Source: an uncultured Conexibacter sp. (GTDB taxonomy: Bacteria > Actinomycetota > Thermoleophilia > Solirubrobacterales > Solirubrobacteraceae). Taken from it: a stretch of 45,356 bases of DNA. The stretch lies in contig CAZYMM010000001.1 of NCBI GenBank assembly GCA_964648515.1, positions 1 to 45,356 of the forward strand, written 5' to 3'. Numbering within the stretch: the stretch's first letter is position 1; each line of letters starts with the position of its first letter. This document shows, one piece after another, positions 30,216-39,135 of the stretch. The position numbers and the translations under genes are program-made. The notes under the pieces are model-generated. The model worked only from the letters and a program-made list of their open reading frames with translations, was not told where the DNA came from and did not search any database.

Positions 30216-31376
30216 GTGGATCTGCCGCGCTTCCGCATGACACCGCGGTTTGCGCGGCGCGTCGCCGTGGTCGCGCTGGTCGCGGTCGCGCTCTACATCT
30301 TCGGCCCGGCGACGCTTGCCGTGCTCAACAGCTGGCCGCGCGTCACCGAGCTGCAGTGGTGGTGGCTCGCGGCGATGGCGATCACGCAGAGCGCATCGGT
30401 CTGGTGCCTGTGGCATCTGCAGGCAGCGGCGATCGGCACCGAGGACCTGTTTGCGATCGGCACCTCGCAGCTCGCCGGCGGCGCGCTCGGCAAGATCATC
30501 CCCGGTGGAGCTGCGACCGCGACCGCGGCCCAGTACGGGATGATCGCGGCCTCGACCGACGACGACGTCCGCCGCTCGCACGTCGCAACCGGTCTGGCGG
30601 TTGCGACCGTGCTTCAGGTCGCGGTGCTCTGCGCGCTGCCGCTGCTGGCGGTGCCCGCGGTCATCTTCGGCCTCGCGGTCCCGCGCACCTTCCTGGAGAC
30701 CGCGCTGCTGGGCCTCGCGATCTTCACGCTGCTGGCGTTGATCACGTTCGTCGCGCGGCGCAGCGAGGCGGCACTCCGCGCGGTAGGCAGCGCGCTGACA
30801 CGGCTCTCCAGGCGGCTCGCCTTCCTGCATGTGCCGCCGCGTCTCGGCGACCGCCTCGTCGCCTACCGCGACGAGGCCGTCGAGCGGCTCGGTGAGCGGC
30901 TGCCGCGAGCGATGGTCGCCACGATCGGGCGCTGGCTGCTGGACCTGATGACGCTTGTCGCGGCCGTGATCGCCGTCGGTGGGCACGCGAGCCTCTGGCT
31001 GCTGCTGCTGGCCTTCTTCACCGCGCAGCTGCTCGGGCAGGTTCCGATCACCCCCGGCGGGATCGGTCTGGTCGAGGCCGGCCTGACCGGCGCGCTGGTT
31101 CTCGCCGGGCTCAGCGGCAGCACGTCGACGATCGCGACGCTCGCCTACCGGCTCTTCAACTTCGGACTGATGCTGCCGGCCGGGCTGATCGGCTGGATGG
31201 CCCATCGCAACCGGCTGCGGCGGCTCGGCCGCCAGGAGTTCGACCCCGACCTGCTACTCGATCGTCCCGACCACGATCTCGTCGTCGCCGACACGGATCC
31301 GGTCGGTGGCGACAAGCCGGCGTCCACGACGTTCTTCCACGACGCCGTTGACGCTGACCGCACCGGTCGCAAGTAG
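30216..31376 (+). CDS. Lysylphosphatidylglycerol synthase TM-domain / YbhN-like flippase
   Basis: Multi-TM; 'IIPGG', 'PITPGGIGLVEAGL', 'TLAYRLFNF.L'. Start at GTG 30216 or ATG 30237. Confidence 0.85.
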   Translation: MDLPRFRMTPRFARRVAVVALVAVALYIFGPATLAVLNSWPRVTELQWWWLAAMAITQSASVWCLWHLQAAAIGTEDLFAIGTSQLAGGALGKIIPGGAATATAAQYGMIAASTDDDVRRSHVATGLAVATVLQVAVLCALPLLAVPAVIFGLAVPRTFLETALLGLAIFTLLALITFVARRSEAALRAVGSALTRLSRRLAFLHVPPRLGDRLVAYRDEAVERLGERLPRAMVATIGRWLLDLMTLVAAVIAVGGHASLWLLLLAFFTAQLLGQVPITPGGIGLVEAGLTGALVLAGLSGSTSTIATLAYRLFNFGLMLPAGLIGWMAHRNRLRRLGRQEFDPDLLLDRPDHDLVVADTDPVGGDKPASTTFFHDAVDADRTGRK

Positions 31377-31481
31377 CTCTTTGCCTTCGGCGCCCGAGCC
31401 GACGATGCCGGCCAGCTTGAGCATCTGCCCGAGCCTGATCGTGCCGCCGCGGACCGCGATCTCCGCCGGTCCGGCGCTCAC
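31254..31481 (-). CDS. S4-domain RNA-binding protein (YaaA/YbcJ-like)
   Basis: 'IRLGQMLKLAGIVGSGAEGK', 'VSVNG.VEERRGRRL...DRI'. Confidence 0.9.
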   Translation of the reverse strand: MSAGPAEIAVRGGTIRLGQMLKLAGIVGSGAEGKELLATGAVSVNGVVEERRGRRLVATDRIRVGDDEIVVGTIE

Positions 31482-31858
31482 AGCAGCGTGTCCTCGTCGG
31501 CGAGCGAACGCTCGATCACCTCAAACTGGCGGTGGAGCTTGCGCCCGAGCTCGTCTGCGACGTCGTAGACGACGCGCTGGTTCTCTGCGATCTGCCTGCT
31601 GACGATGTAGACGGACGCGCCGGGAGCAGCTTCCGCCGCCAGTCGTTCCGCATATCCCAGCACCGGCTTCAGATTGGCGTAGATCATCGGCTGCATCTGA
31701 AGCCGTCCATCGGACTCGATGACGATCCCGTAGGCGGGGTTGCCGGCGGCCTCGAGCGAGAGCCGGGCGAAGTTGATGATCTTCGGATACGACGCTGCCT
31801 GTGAGCTCAATCCGCCCGACAATGTACATGTCGCGCCCGGCGCCGCCGGCAGGCTCAC
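31478..31858 (-). CDS. Hypothetical protein (126 aa)
   Basis: GTG start overlaps the upstream TAG; its TGA overlaps the GTG of the S4 gene; globular-looking sequence with no recognised motif. Confidence 0.55.
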   Translation of the reverse strand: MSLPAAPGATCTLSGGLSSQAASYPKIINFARLSLEAAGNPAYGIVIESDGRLQMQPMIYANLKPVLGYAERLAAEAAPGASVYIVSRQIAENQRVVYDVADELGRKLHRQFEVIERSLADEDTLL

Positions 31859-32106
31859 TACTTGCGGTGACGTGGGCCGCCCCGCTTGACCGGAGCCCAC
31901 TTCGTGCCCTTGCCGTGGGCCACGGCGTCCTCTATCTTGACGCTGCGCGCGGCGCCCATGTCCTTGCGCAGGCGGGCCAGCGCCAGGCGGACGAGATCGC
32001 TCTGCGTCAACCCCGTCTTCGTGCTCGCGGTTCCCAGCCACGCGAGCTCGTCGGCGCCGATCAGGTACGAGCGCTGTGTCAGGCCACTCGGGCGTTCAGT
32101 TGCCAT
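31858..32106 (-). CDS. Small ribbon-helix-helix (CopG-like) DNA-binding protein
   Basis: 'QRSYLIGADELAWL...STKTGLTQSDLVRLALARL' RHH pattern; strong RBS GGAGAGGTGA. Confidence 0.65.
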   Translation of the reverse strand: MATERPSGLTQRSYLIGADELAWLGTASTKTGLTQSDLVRLALARLRKDMGAARSVKIEDAVAHGKGTKWAPVKRGGPRHRK

Positions 32107-32203
32107 GGATCACCTCTCCGGTCGGTTGGTTCGGCGGACGTTCCCTCCCTGGTGGCGCCCAACCGCCATAAGATCACATCCGGGGTCGCCCGCGCCACTG
32201 TCG

Positions 32204-32854
32204 TCAGGGTGCGAGCCGCTCGACGATCCAGCCGTCGTCGGCGGTCCGGGAGTAGCGCAGCCGGTCGTGGAGCCGGTCCGGCCGTCCCTGCCAGAACTCG
32301 ACGCTGCGCGGCTGAAGCAGATACCCGCCCCAGTGGTGGGGTCGCGGAACCGTGGTGCCGTCCGGATAGCGGGCGATCACGTCACGGACGGTCTGCTCCA
32401 GCGTCTCGCGGTCGGGCACGACCGTGGACTGCGGGCTGGCCGCGGCTCCGATCTGCGACCCGCGCGGCCGCGAGGCGAAGTATGAGTCCGAGGGCGCATC
32501 GCCGAGTCGCCTGGCGCTGCCGAGCACGGTGACCTGGCGGCCGATCGCAAACCAGGGGAACGTCACGGAGGAGTGGGCGTCGGCGGCGAGGTCGCGACCC
32601 TTGGCCGAGTTGTAGTTGGTGAAGAACGTCAGGCCGCGAGCGTCGAACCCTTTCAGCAGCACCGTGCGCGTGCTCGGCCTGCCGCTTTCGTCGACGGTCG
32701 CGAGCACCATCGCGTTCGGCTCGGGCAGTCCTGCCGCCTCGGTCTCGGCAAGCCAGTCGGCGAACTGCTCGTCCCAGCGCTCACGCAGGTCGCGGCGGCG
32801 CAGCGGCGGCCGGTCGTATGGCGTTCGCATCGCCGATAGGTCGTGTCCGCTCAC
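32204..32854 (-). CDS. pdxH: Pyridoxine/pyridoxamine 5'-phosphate oxidase
   Basis: 'EPNAMVLAT', 'RTVLLK', 'FFTNY.S.KG', 'YFASRPRGSQIGA', 'EFWQGRPDRLHDR'. Confidence 0.96.
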   Translation of the reverse strand: MSGHDLSAMRTPYDRPPLRRRDLRERWDEQFADWLAETEAAGLPEPNAMVLATVDESGRPSTRTVLLKGFDARGLTFFTNYNSAKGRDLAADAHSSVTFPWFAIGRQVTVLGSARRLGDAPSDSYFASRPRGSQIGAAASPQSTVVPDRETLEQTVRDVIARYPDGTTVPRPHHWGGYLLQPRSVEFWQGRPDRLHDRLRYSRTADDGWIVERLAP

Positions 32855-33636
32855 CGTGCTGCCTCCTGTGCTGTTGCTGCGATCACCTTCGAGAGGCGGC
32901 CGCCCTGCCAGGCGATCGGGCTCTCCCCCGGCTCCTCGACTACGAGCCGCGAACCCGGAATCGCCTGTGCCCAAGCCTCGCCGACGGCGAGCGGATGGCC
33001 GGGGTCGAGCTCGTCGCGATCGGCGACGACGGTCACCGGCATCCGCAGCTCGCCGAGCTCGGCGAGCGTGCCGAACGGCGCCGAGCGCGGCACGCCCTGC
33101 AGCGCGTCTGCGACGGCATCGAGGTCGTTGTGGCGGGCCATCCGCTGGCGGATCACGGTCTTGATCCGCTCGCTCGCCGCACCGGTGCCGCCGATCTCGC
33201 CGTAGGCGGCGAGGAAGCCGTCGATGCCGCCACTGCGAAGACCGTCGGCTCTCCGGTCCCAGAGCCCGAGCTCACGGTGCTCGTCCCCGGGCATGTAGGC
33301 CGGGGTGACCAGCACCAGCCCGGCGACCCGCTCGGGGTGCTCGAGCGCGAACCGGACGGCGGTGTGCGCGCCCATCGATGCGCCTGCGATCACCGGCCGC
33401 TCGAAGCCGGCCGTGTCGAGCAGCTCGAGCAGGTCGGCGGCCAGCAGCTCGTATGTGTACCCGCCGGCGGGCGCCCGCTCCGACTCGCCGTGGCCACGAG
33501 CGTCGTAGGCGAGCACGTCGTGGCCGGCGCGCTCGAGCGATCGCGAGCCCATCACCACGTAGTGATGGGTGGCCGTGAGGCCGTGGAGCAGCACGACCTC
33601 GATGCCGCTGCCGGCACGGACGCTGTTCAGGCGCAT
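32851..33636 (-). CDS. Alpha/beta-fold hydrolase
   Basis: 'LLHGL', 'YDARGHGES', nucleophile elbow 'GASMG'. Confidence 0.9.
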   Translation of the reverse strand: MRLNSVRAGSGIEVVLLHGLTATHHYVVMGSRSLERAGHDVLAYDARGHGESERAPAGGYTYELLAADLLELLDTAGFERPVIAGASMGAHTAVRFALEHPERVAGLVLVTPAYMPGDEHRELGLWDRRADGLRSGGIDGFLAAYGEIGGTGAASERIKTVIRQRMARHNDLDAVADALQGVPRSAPFGTLAELGELRMPVTVVADRDELDPGHPLAVGEAWAQAIPGSRLVVEEPGESPIAWQGGRLSKVIAATAQEAAR

Positions 33637-33648
33637 CGGCCAGCAAGC

Positions 33649-33814
33649 CTAGTGTCCTGAGTCGGAAATTCGTGAGCAGGATCGCGAGCGGATGGCGTGG
33701 ATGACGGCAGGGGATGATCGCAGTCGTACCGGTGGTACGGCGAGATCATCCCCTGCCGTCAGGCGCGTCATGACGCCGCGAGGATGCCACCGAATTTCCG
33801 ACTCAGGACACTAG
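33649..33814. mobile_element. MITE-like 166-bp element with nested inverted repeats
   Basis: Perfect 24-bp terminal IR CTAGTGTCCTGAGTCGGAAATTCG (33649-33672 / 33791-33814) and inner perfect 18-bp IR (33702-33719 / 33744-33761); no transposase. Confidence 0.75.
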
Positions 33815-33831
33815 ATGGTTGCCGGTGCGCG

Positions 33832-34920
33832 CTACACGGGCAGCGTCAGCTGGGCCGCACCCACCGGCTTCGGCTCGACTCCCGCAGCCGCCTGCCCTGC
33901 GCCCAGCAGCGCCGCGACCCGCACACCGATCAGCCGAACCGGACGTGCCGGCGCGTACTCGCGGAGAAGGGCCTCGGCGGTCGCGGCGATCGTCTCGTCG
34001 TCGGCGACACCGTCCGGCAGCGTGCGCGCCCGCGTGACCGTCGTCCAGTCGTCGAGCCGCACCTTGATCGCGATCGTCCGCGCCGTGCTGCCGGCCTGGC
34101 GCAGTCCGTCGCCGAGGCTGCCGCTCATCCGCCGCGTGACCGCGACGAGCTGCTCGATGTCCGTCACGTCGCTGTCGAAGGTCGTCTCGGTCGAGCGCGA
34201 CTTGATCTCCCGGTGAGCGAGGACGGGAGATTCGTCGTGCAGGAAGGCGCGGCGATGGAGCTCGGCGCCGTGGCGCGGCCCGAACGCGGCGACGAGGTCG
34301 GCCTCAGCGATCGTCTGCAGCTGGCCGAGCGTCCGGCAGCCGAGCGTCGCCAGCCGGTCCGCGGTCTTGGGGCCGACCCCGGGAATGATGCGGACCGACC
34401 GCTCACGCAGACGCATCGCCGCGTCCTCGCGCCCGATCGCCACAAACCCTGCCGGCTTGCCGAGATCACTGGCGATCTTGGCGACGAGACGGTTCGGCGC
34501 GATCCCGGCCGAGATCTGGATCCCGGTCCGGGTTCGCACCGCGGCGATCAGCTCGCGCAGCCTCGGCAGCGGCCGCTCGATCCCGGTCAGATCGGCGTAG
34601 GCCTCGTCGAGGCCGACCCGCTGCAGCACCGGCAGGCGGGCGCCGGCGATCGCCCAGACTCGGTCCGACACCTCGGCGTAGTGGCCGTGGTCGGGTGCAA
34701 CCACGACGGCCTGCGGACAGCGTCGCCGGGCCTCGGCGGCCGGCATCGCCGAGCCGACACCGAACGCGCGCGCCTCATAGCTGGCGGTCGTGACGACGGC
34801 GCGAGGGCCCGGCCCGGCGACGATCATCGGCAGTCCGCGCAGCTCGGGCCTGCGGCGCAGCTCGACGGCGGCGAAGAACGCGTCGCAATCGAGATGCGCG
34901 ATCACCCGTTTCGGGGCCAC
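33832..34920 (-). CDS. dinB: DNA polymerase IV (Y family)
   Basis: 'HLDCDAFFAAVE', 'TASYEAR.FGV.SAMP', 'GLDEAY', 'AKIASD..KPAG', 'IPGVGPKT', 'VRLIGV'. Confidence 0.95.
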   Translation of the reverse strand: MAPKRVIAHLDCDAFFAAVELRRRPELRGLPMIVAGPGPRAVVTTASYEARAFGVGSAMPAAEARRRCPQAVVVAPDHGHYAEVSDRVWAIAGARLPVLQRVGLDEAYADLTGIERPLPRLRELIAAVRTRTGIQISAGIAPNRLVAKIASDLGKPAGFVAIGREDAAMRLRERSVRIIPGVGPKTADRLATLGCRTLGQLQTIAEADLVAAFGPRHGAELHRRAFLHDESPVLAHREIKSRSTETTFDSDVTDIEQLVAVTRRMSGSLGDGLRQAGSTARTIAIKVRLDDWTTVTRARTLPDGVADDETIAATAEALLREYAPARPVRLIGVRVAALLGAGQAAAGVEPKPVGAAQLTLPV

Positions 34921-34969
34921 GCCGCCGCAGTCTCGCAGCTGCGGCGGCGCAACCTTGCCGGCGTCGCGA

Positions 34970-35623
34970 TCAGCGGGTCGTCAGGATCGTTCCGACGCCA
35001 TCGAAACGCAGCCGTGCGCGCAACGCGGCGGTCAGGTCGAACTCGCGCGCACCGACGTACGGGCCGCGATCGATCACCCGGACCGTGACCGATCGGCCGC
35101 GATAGCGGAGCCGGAGCTTCGTGCCGCAGGGCAGCGTCTTGTTGGCGACGCCGAGCGTGCGCGCGGTCAGGTGTCCGCCGCACGCCAGCGCGCTGCCGAA
35201 CAGCCCCGGCCCGAACCAGGATGCGAGCGCACGACGGTAGACGGCGACCCGACCGCTGTCGCGGCTGTCGCCGGCGGCCAGCACGCGCAGCGCGCGAGAG
35301 CCGGTGGAGCGCGGTCGCCAGAGCAGCCGGTAGCGGCCCTGCCGGCCCGCGTGGACGCGGTCGACGGTCCGCCAGGCTCCACCCCTGCGGACCTGGAGGC
35401 GAACGATCGTCCCGTAGGGGGCGCCGGCGCGGCCGTTGACGCGGACGCTGCCGCCGACGAGCACGTGGTGCGATGCGATCCGTGAGGTCAGCTTCGACGC
35501 AGAAGCGGACGTGGACGCGGACGCCGATGCGGTGCCGGTCGCGGCGAGGGCGGGCGTGGTGCTGAGCGCGGCGAGCGCCGCCAGGCTTGCGAGCGCGAGC
35601 CGTTCGATGGTTCGCCCGGACAT
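34970..35623 (-). CDS. RlpA-family (DPBB) lytic transglycosylase, secreted
   Basis: Signal peptide; 'ASWFGPG', 'ANKTLPCGT', 'VRVIDRGPY...REFDL'; RBS AGGAGG. Confidence 0.88.
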   Translation of the reverse strand: MSGRTIERLALASLAALAALSTTPALAATGTASASASTSASASKLTSRIASHHVLVGGSVRVNGRAGAPYGTIVRLQVRRGGAWRTVDRVHAGRQGRYRLLWRPRSTGSRALRVLAAGDSRDSGRVAVYRRALASWFGPGLFGSALACGGHLTARTLGVANKTLPCGTKLRLRYRGRSVTVRVIDRGPYVGAREFDLTAALRARLRFDGVGTILTTR

Positions 35624-35644
35624 GGGCTGTACCTCCTGGTCTGC

Positions 35645-35796
35645 GGCGCCTACGAGGTGAGCTGACGGGCTCGCGACGATCTCGTGCCGCTACGGCGCCG
35701 GCAGTGGCGCCGATTCGCCCCGCGTCGTCAAGGCCGATGCCATGACGACAGGTGGGTCCCCCGCTCGCGCCGCCTGTCCGGCGCGACTCGGCGTTC
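35645..35796 (-). ncRNA. Cyclic di-AMP riboswitch (ydaO-yuaA)
   Basis: Minus strand reads CGCCGAGUC...GCGGGGGACCCA...GGGGCGAAUC...GUAG...GAGCCCGUCAGCUCACCUCGUAGGCG, the conserved ydaO blocks in order, upstream of a cell-wall lytic gene. Confidence 0.92.
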
Positions 35797-35824
35797 TGTG
35801 ATCAGATCGGAACAGGATCGGATG

Positions 35825-35838
35825 CGAACACCCGTTCT
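35825..35838. promoter_or_regulatory. Candidate LexA (SOS) box
   Basis: CGAAC-ACCC-GTTCT, perfect GAAC-N4-GTTC core, about 30 bp upstream of the riboswitch. Confidence 0.55.
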
Positions 35839-35930
35839 CTCGCGCTCATGTGCCGAGTCACACACCCATGGTGTTCGTACGCGGACAATCTGAGCCGATC
35901 TTTGACGGAAGCGGTGGGACGATCCGGCTC

Positions 35931-37385
35931 GTGCCGACCCGTCTGACCGCCCTCGACAGCTCCTTCCTGCACCTCGAGGACCAGGGTGCGCACATGCACA
36001 TCGCGGCGCTGCTGCTGTTCGACGGCGTCGCGCCCGACTACGAGGAGCTCTGTCGCAGCCTCGAGCATCACCTCGAGCGCGCGCCGCGCTACCGCCAGCG
36101 GCTGGCGACCGTCCCGCTCGGCCAGGGACGGCCGTGCTGGGTCGACGACATCCACTTCAACATGCACTACCACCTGCGCCACACGGCCGTGCCGGCCCCG
36201 GGTGGTGAGCGCCAGATCCAGGATCTCTGCGCGCGACTGCTGAGCCAGCGCCTCGACCGCCACCGCCCGCTCTGGGAGATGTGGCTGATCGAGGGGCTGC
36301 AGGACGGCGGCTTCGCGATGCTCACGAAGTCCCACCACGCACTCGTCGACGGCGTCGGCGGAATGGACGTGATCGGGCTGCTGCTGTCCTCTGATCCCGA
36401 CGAGCGCGCCCCTGCAGGACATCCGGCCTGGCAGCCGGAACCGACCCCGACCGGCGTCGAGCTGCTCGCCGACGCGCTGCGCGAACGGGCAATCAGTCCG
36501 TCGGAGATCGCCCGTGGCGTGCGTCGCGTGACGCGCCGCCCGCGCCGGACGCTGGCAGCGGCCGGAGGCTTCGCCCGCAGCATCGGCTCACTGGTGGCCG
36601 GCGGGCTGCAGCCGGCACCGCGCACGCCGCTCAACGTGCCGATCGGCCAGCATCGCCGCTACACCTGGATCGATGCCGATCTCGCTCGCTTCAAGACGAT
36701 CAAGAACGAGCTCGGCGGCACCGTCAACGACGTCGTGCTCGCGTCTGTCGCGCTCGGCCTCGGCGCCTGGATGCGCGAACGCGGCCGGCGCACCGAACAT
36801 CTCGTGCTGCGCGCGATGGCCCCGGTCTCCGTCCGCCCGCAGTCGAGCCGCGACGGCAGCGGCGGCAACCGCGTCGCCGCGATGTGGGTGCCGCTGCCGG
36901 TCGGCATCCCCGACGCCGCCGAGTGTCTGACCGCGATCCGCGAGCAGACAGCGCAGATCAAGCACGGCGGTCAGGCGGTCGGGGCCGAGCATCTGACCGA
37001 GCTCGCGAACTTCGCGCCGCCGACGATCCTCGGGCAGGCGACACGGCTGCAGCCCCGCCAGCGCTTCTTCAACCTCGTCGTCACCAACATCCCGGGCCCG
37101 CAGCGCCCGCTCTACCTGCTCGGACGGCCGCTGCGGAGGGTCTTCCCGGTCGTACCGCTGGCCCAGAATCTCGCGCTCGGCGTCGCGATCGTCAGCTACA
37201 ACGGACACATCGGCTACGGCCTGACCGGCGACTTCGACGCGCTGCCGGACCTTGACGAGATCGCCGGCCATTTCGCCGCCGCGATCGAGGCTCTTGCCGA
37301 CGCGGCAGGCTGCCCGGCCGGGTCCGGGCGCTTCGCCCGGACGAGCACGCCGCCGGCCCGTCCGCCGCGGCGGCGCAGGCGGTAG
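35931..37385 (+). CDS. Wax ester synthase/diacylglycerol acyltransferase (WS/DGAT)
   Basis: 'RLTALDSSFLHLE', 'LDRHRPLWE', catalytic 'HHALVDG', 'GTVNDVVL', 'VTNIPGP'. Confidence 0.93.
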   Translation: MPTRLTALDSSFLHLEDQGAHMHIAALLLFDGVAPDYEELCRSLEHHLERAPRYRQRLATVPLGQGRPCWVDDIHFNMHYHLRHTAVPAPGGERQIQDLCARLLSQRLDRHRPLWEMWLIEGLQDGGFAMLTKSHHALVDGVGGMDVIGLLLSSDPDERAPAGHPAWQPEPTPTGVELLADALRERAISPSEIARGVRRVTRRPRRTLAAAGGFARSIGSLVAGGLQPAPRTPLNVPIGQHRRYTWIDADLARFKTIKNELGGTVNDVVLASVALGLGAWMRERGRRTEHLVLRAMAPVSVRPQSSRDGSGGNRVAAMWVPLPVGIPDAAECLTAIREQTAQIKHGGQAVGAEHLTELANFAPPTILGQATRLQPRQRFFNLVVTNIPGPQRPLYLLGRPLRRVFPVVPLAQNLALGVAIVSYNGHIGYGLTGDFDALPDLDEIAGHFAAAIEALADAAGCPAGSGRFARTSTPPARPPRRRRR

Positions 37386-37395
37386 CGTCCGTGGC

Positions 37396-39114
37396 GTGCG
37401 TCTCGCCCTCGAGCAGCTGAACCCGACGGTCGGCGACATCGCCGGCAATGAGCGGCTGATCGTCGACGGGATCGCGGCCGCGAGGCGCTCCGGCGCTCAG
37501 GTCGTGGTCTTCCCCGAGCTCGCGGTCTGCGGCTACCCGCCCGAGGACCTGCTGCTGATGTCGCACTTCCTCGCCGACTGCCGCGCGGCGGTCGAGCGGA
37601 TCGCCGAGCACGCGACCGGGATCGTCGCGCTCGTCGGCTATCCCGAGCACGGCGACGACGTCCACAACAGCGTCGCGGTACTTGCCGACGGCGAGCTTCA
37701 GGGCAGCTATCGCAAGCTGCGGCTGCCGAACTACGGCGTCTTCGACGAGCTGCGCTACTTCCAGCCGGGCTCGCGGCCCGCGCTGATCGAGGTCGACGGC
37801 GTGACGATCGGCCTGACCGTCTGCGAGGACGACTGGGTGCCCGACGGGCCGGCCGTCGACGCTGCGCTCGCCGGCGCCGAGCTGATCGTCAACCTCTCTG
37901 CCTCGCCCTACCAGGCCGGCAAGCCGTCCGAGCGCGAGGCGATGTTCGGCCAGCGGGCGCGCGACAACCTCTGCGCGTATGCGTTCTGCGGCCAGGTCGG
38001 CGGTCAGGACGAGCTGGTCTTCGACGGCGGCAGCGTCGTCGTCGACCACGACGGCGACGTGATCGCCCGCGCGCCGCAGTTCCGCGAACACCAGCTGCTG
38101 GCCGAGGTCGACGCCCACGGCGCCCGTGCCGCGAGGCTCCGCGACACGCGGCCGCGGGTCGGTCGTGAGGGGGCGCATGACCGGGTTACCCATCTCGGTC
38201 GCTTCGAGACCGGTGCGCGGGAAGCTGACTCGGCCGCGCCGTTCGGAGCGATCGCAGAGCGAGCGGGCGTCGTCGAGGAGGTCTACGGCGCGCTCGTCTG
38301 CGGCACACAGGACTACGTGCGCAAGAACGGCTTTCAGGGTGTGGTGCTCGGCCTCTCGGGCGGGGTCGACTCCGCCCTCGTCGCAGCCATCGCGGTCGAT
38401 GCGCTGGGCCCCGAGCGGGTCGCGGCGGTGGTGATGCCATCACCGTTCTCCAGCAGCGAAACCCAGGAGGATGCACGGGTGCTTGCCCGCGCTCTGGGCG
38501 TGAGGCTGCTCGAGTACCCGATCGCGCCGGTGATGGCGGCCTTCGACGAGCTGCTCGCCGAGACCTTCGCGGGCCGTGAGCACGACCTGACCGAGGAGAA
38601 CCTGCAGGCCAGGATTCGCGGCACGCTGCTGATGGCGCTCTCGAACAAGTTCGGCTGGCTGGTGCTGACGACCGGAAACAAGTCCGAGCTGTCGGTCGGC
38701 TACTCGACGCTCTACGGCGACAGCGCCGGCGGGTTCGCTGTGATCAAGGACTGCCCGAAGACGCTCGTCTACGAGCTGATCGCGTTTCGTGCCGCGCGCG
38801 CCGGTGGAGAGCAGATCCCGGCCGGGATCCTCAGCAGGCCGCCGTCGGCCGAGCTCCGGCCCGGCCAGCGCGACTCCGACACCCTGCCCGACTACGAGCT
38901 GCTCGATCCGATCCTCGCCGGCTACGTCGAGGAGGATCTCGGGCGCGCCCAGCTGCAGGCCCGTGGGCTGCCGGCCGAGGAGATCGACAGCGCGCTGCGG
39001 CTGGTCGACCGCGCGGAGTACAAACGGCGCCAGAACCCGCCCGGGATCAAGGTGACCTCGAAGGCGTTCGGTCGCGACCGGCGGATGCCGATCACCAACC
39101 GCTACGGCGGCTGA
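37396..39114 (+). CDS. nadE: Glutamine-dependent NAD+ synthetase
   Basis: Nitrilase domain 'FPELAVCGYPPEDL', 'LPNYGVFDE.RYF', 'CED'; synthetase 'GLSGGVDS', 'ENLQARIRG', 'TTGNKSE', 'EYKRRQ'. Confidence 0.97.
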   Translation: MRLALEQLNPTVGDIAGNERLIVDGIAAARRSGAQVVVFPELAVCGYPPEDLLLMSHFLADCRAAVERIAEHATGIVALVGYPEHGDDVHNSVAVLADGELQGSYRKLRLPNYGVFDELRYFQPGSRPALIEVDGVTIGLTVCEDDWVPDGPAVDAALAGAELIVNLSASPYQAGKPSEREAMFGQRARDNLCAYAFCGQVGGQDELVFDGGSVVVDHDGDVIARAPQFREHQLLAEVDAHGARAARLRDTRPRVGREGAHDRVTHLGRFETGAREADSAAPFGAIAERAGVVEEVYGALVCGTQDYVRKNGFQGVVLGLSGGVDSALVAAIAVDALGPERVAAVVMPSPFSSSETQEDARVLARALGVRLLEYPIAPVMAAFDELLAETFAGREHDLTEENLQARIRGTLLMALSNKFGWLVLTTGNKSELSVGYSTLYGDSAGGFAVIKDCPKTLVYELIAFRAARAGGEQIPAGILSRPPSAELRPGQRDSDTLPDYELLDPILAGYVEEDLGRAQLQARGLPAEEIDSALRLVDRAEYKRRQNPPGIKVTSKAFGRDRRMPITNRYGG

Positions 39115-39135
39115 CCATCGTCCGCCGTCTACCGT

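Noticed and set aside
31521-31829. Alternative ORF MYIVGRIELTG... or a frameshifted gene
   Set aside because: It turns into Arg-rich shadow sequence; the 31478-31858 frame has coupled start and stop overlaps on both sides.
33649-33814. CRISPR array or simple terminator
   Set aside because: Repeats are inverted, not direct with spacers; no cas genes; too long and nested for a plain terminator.
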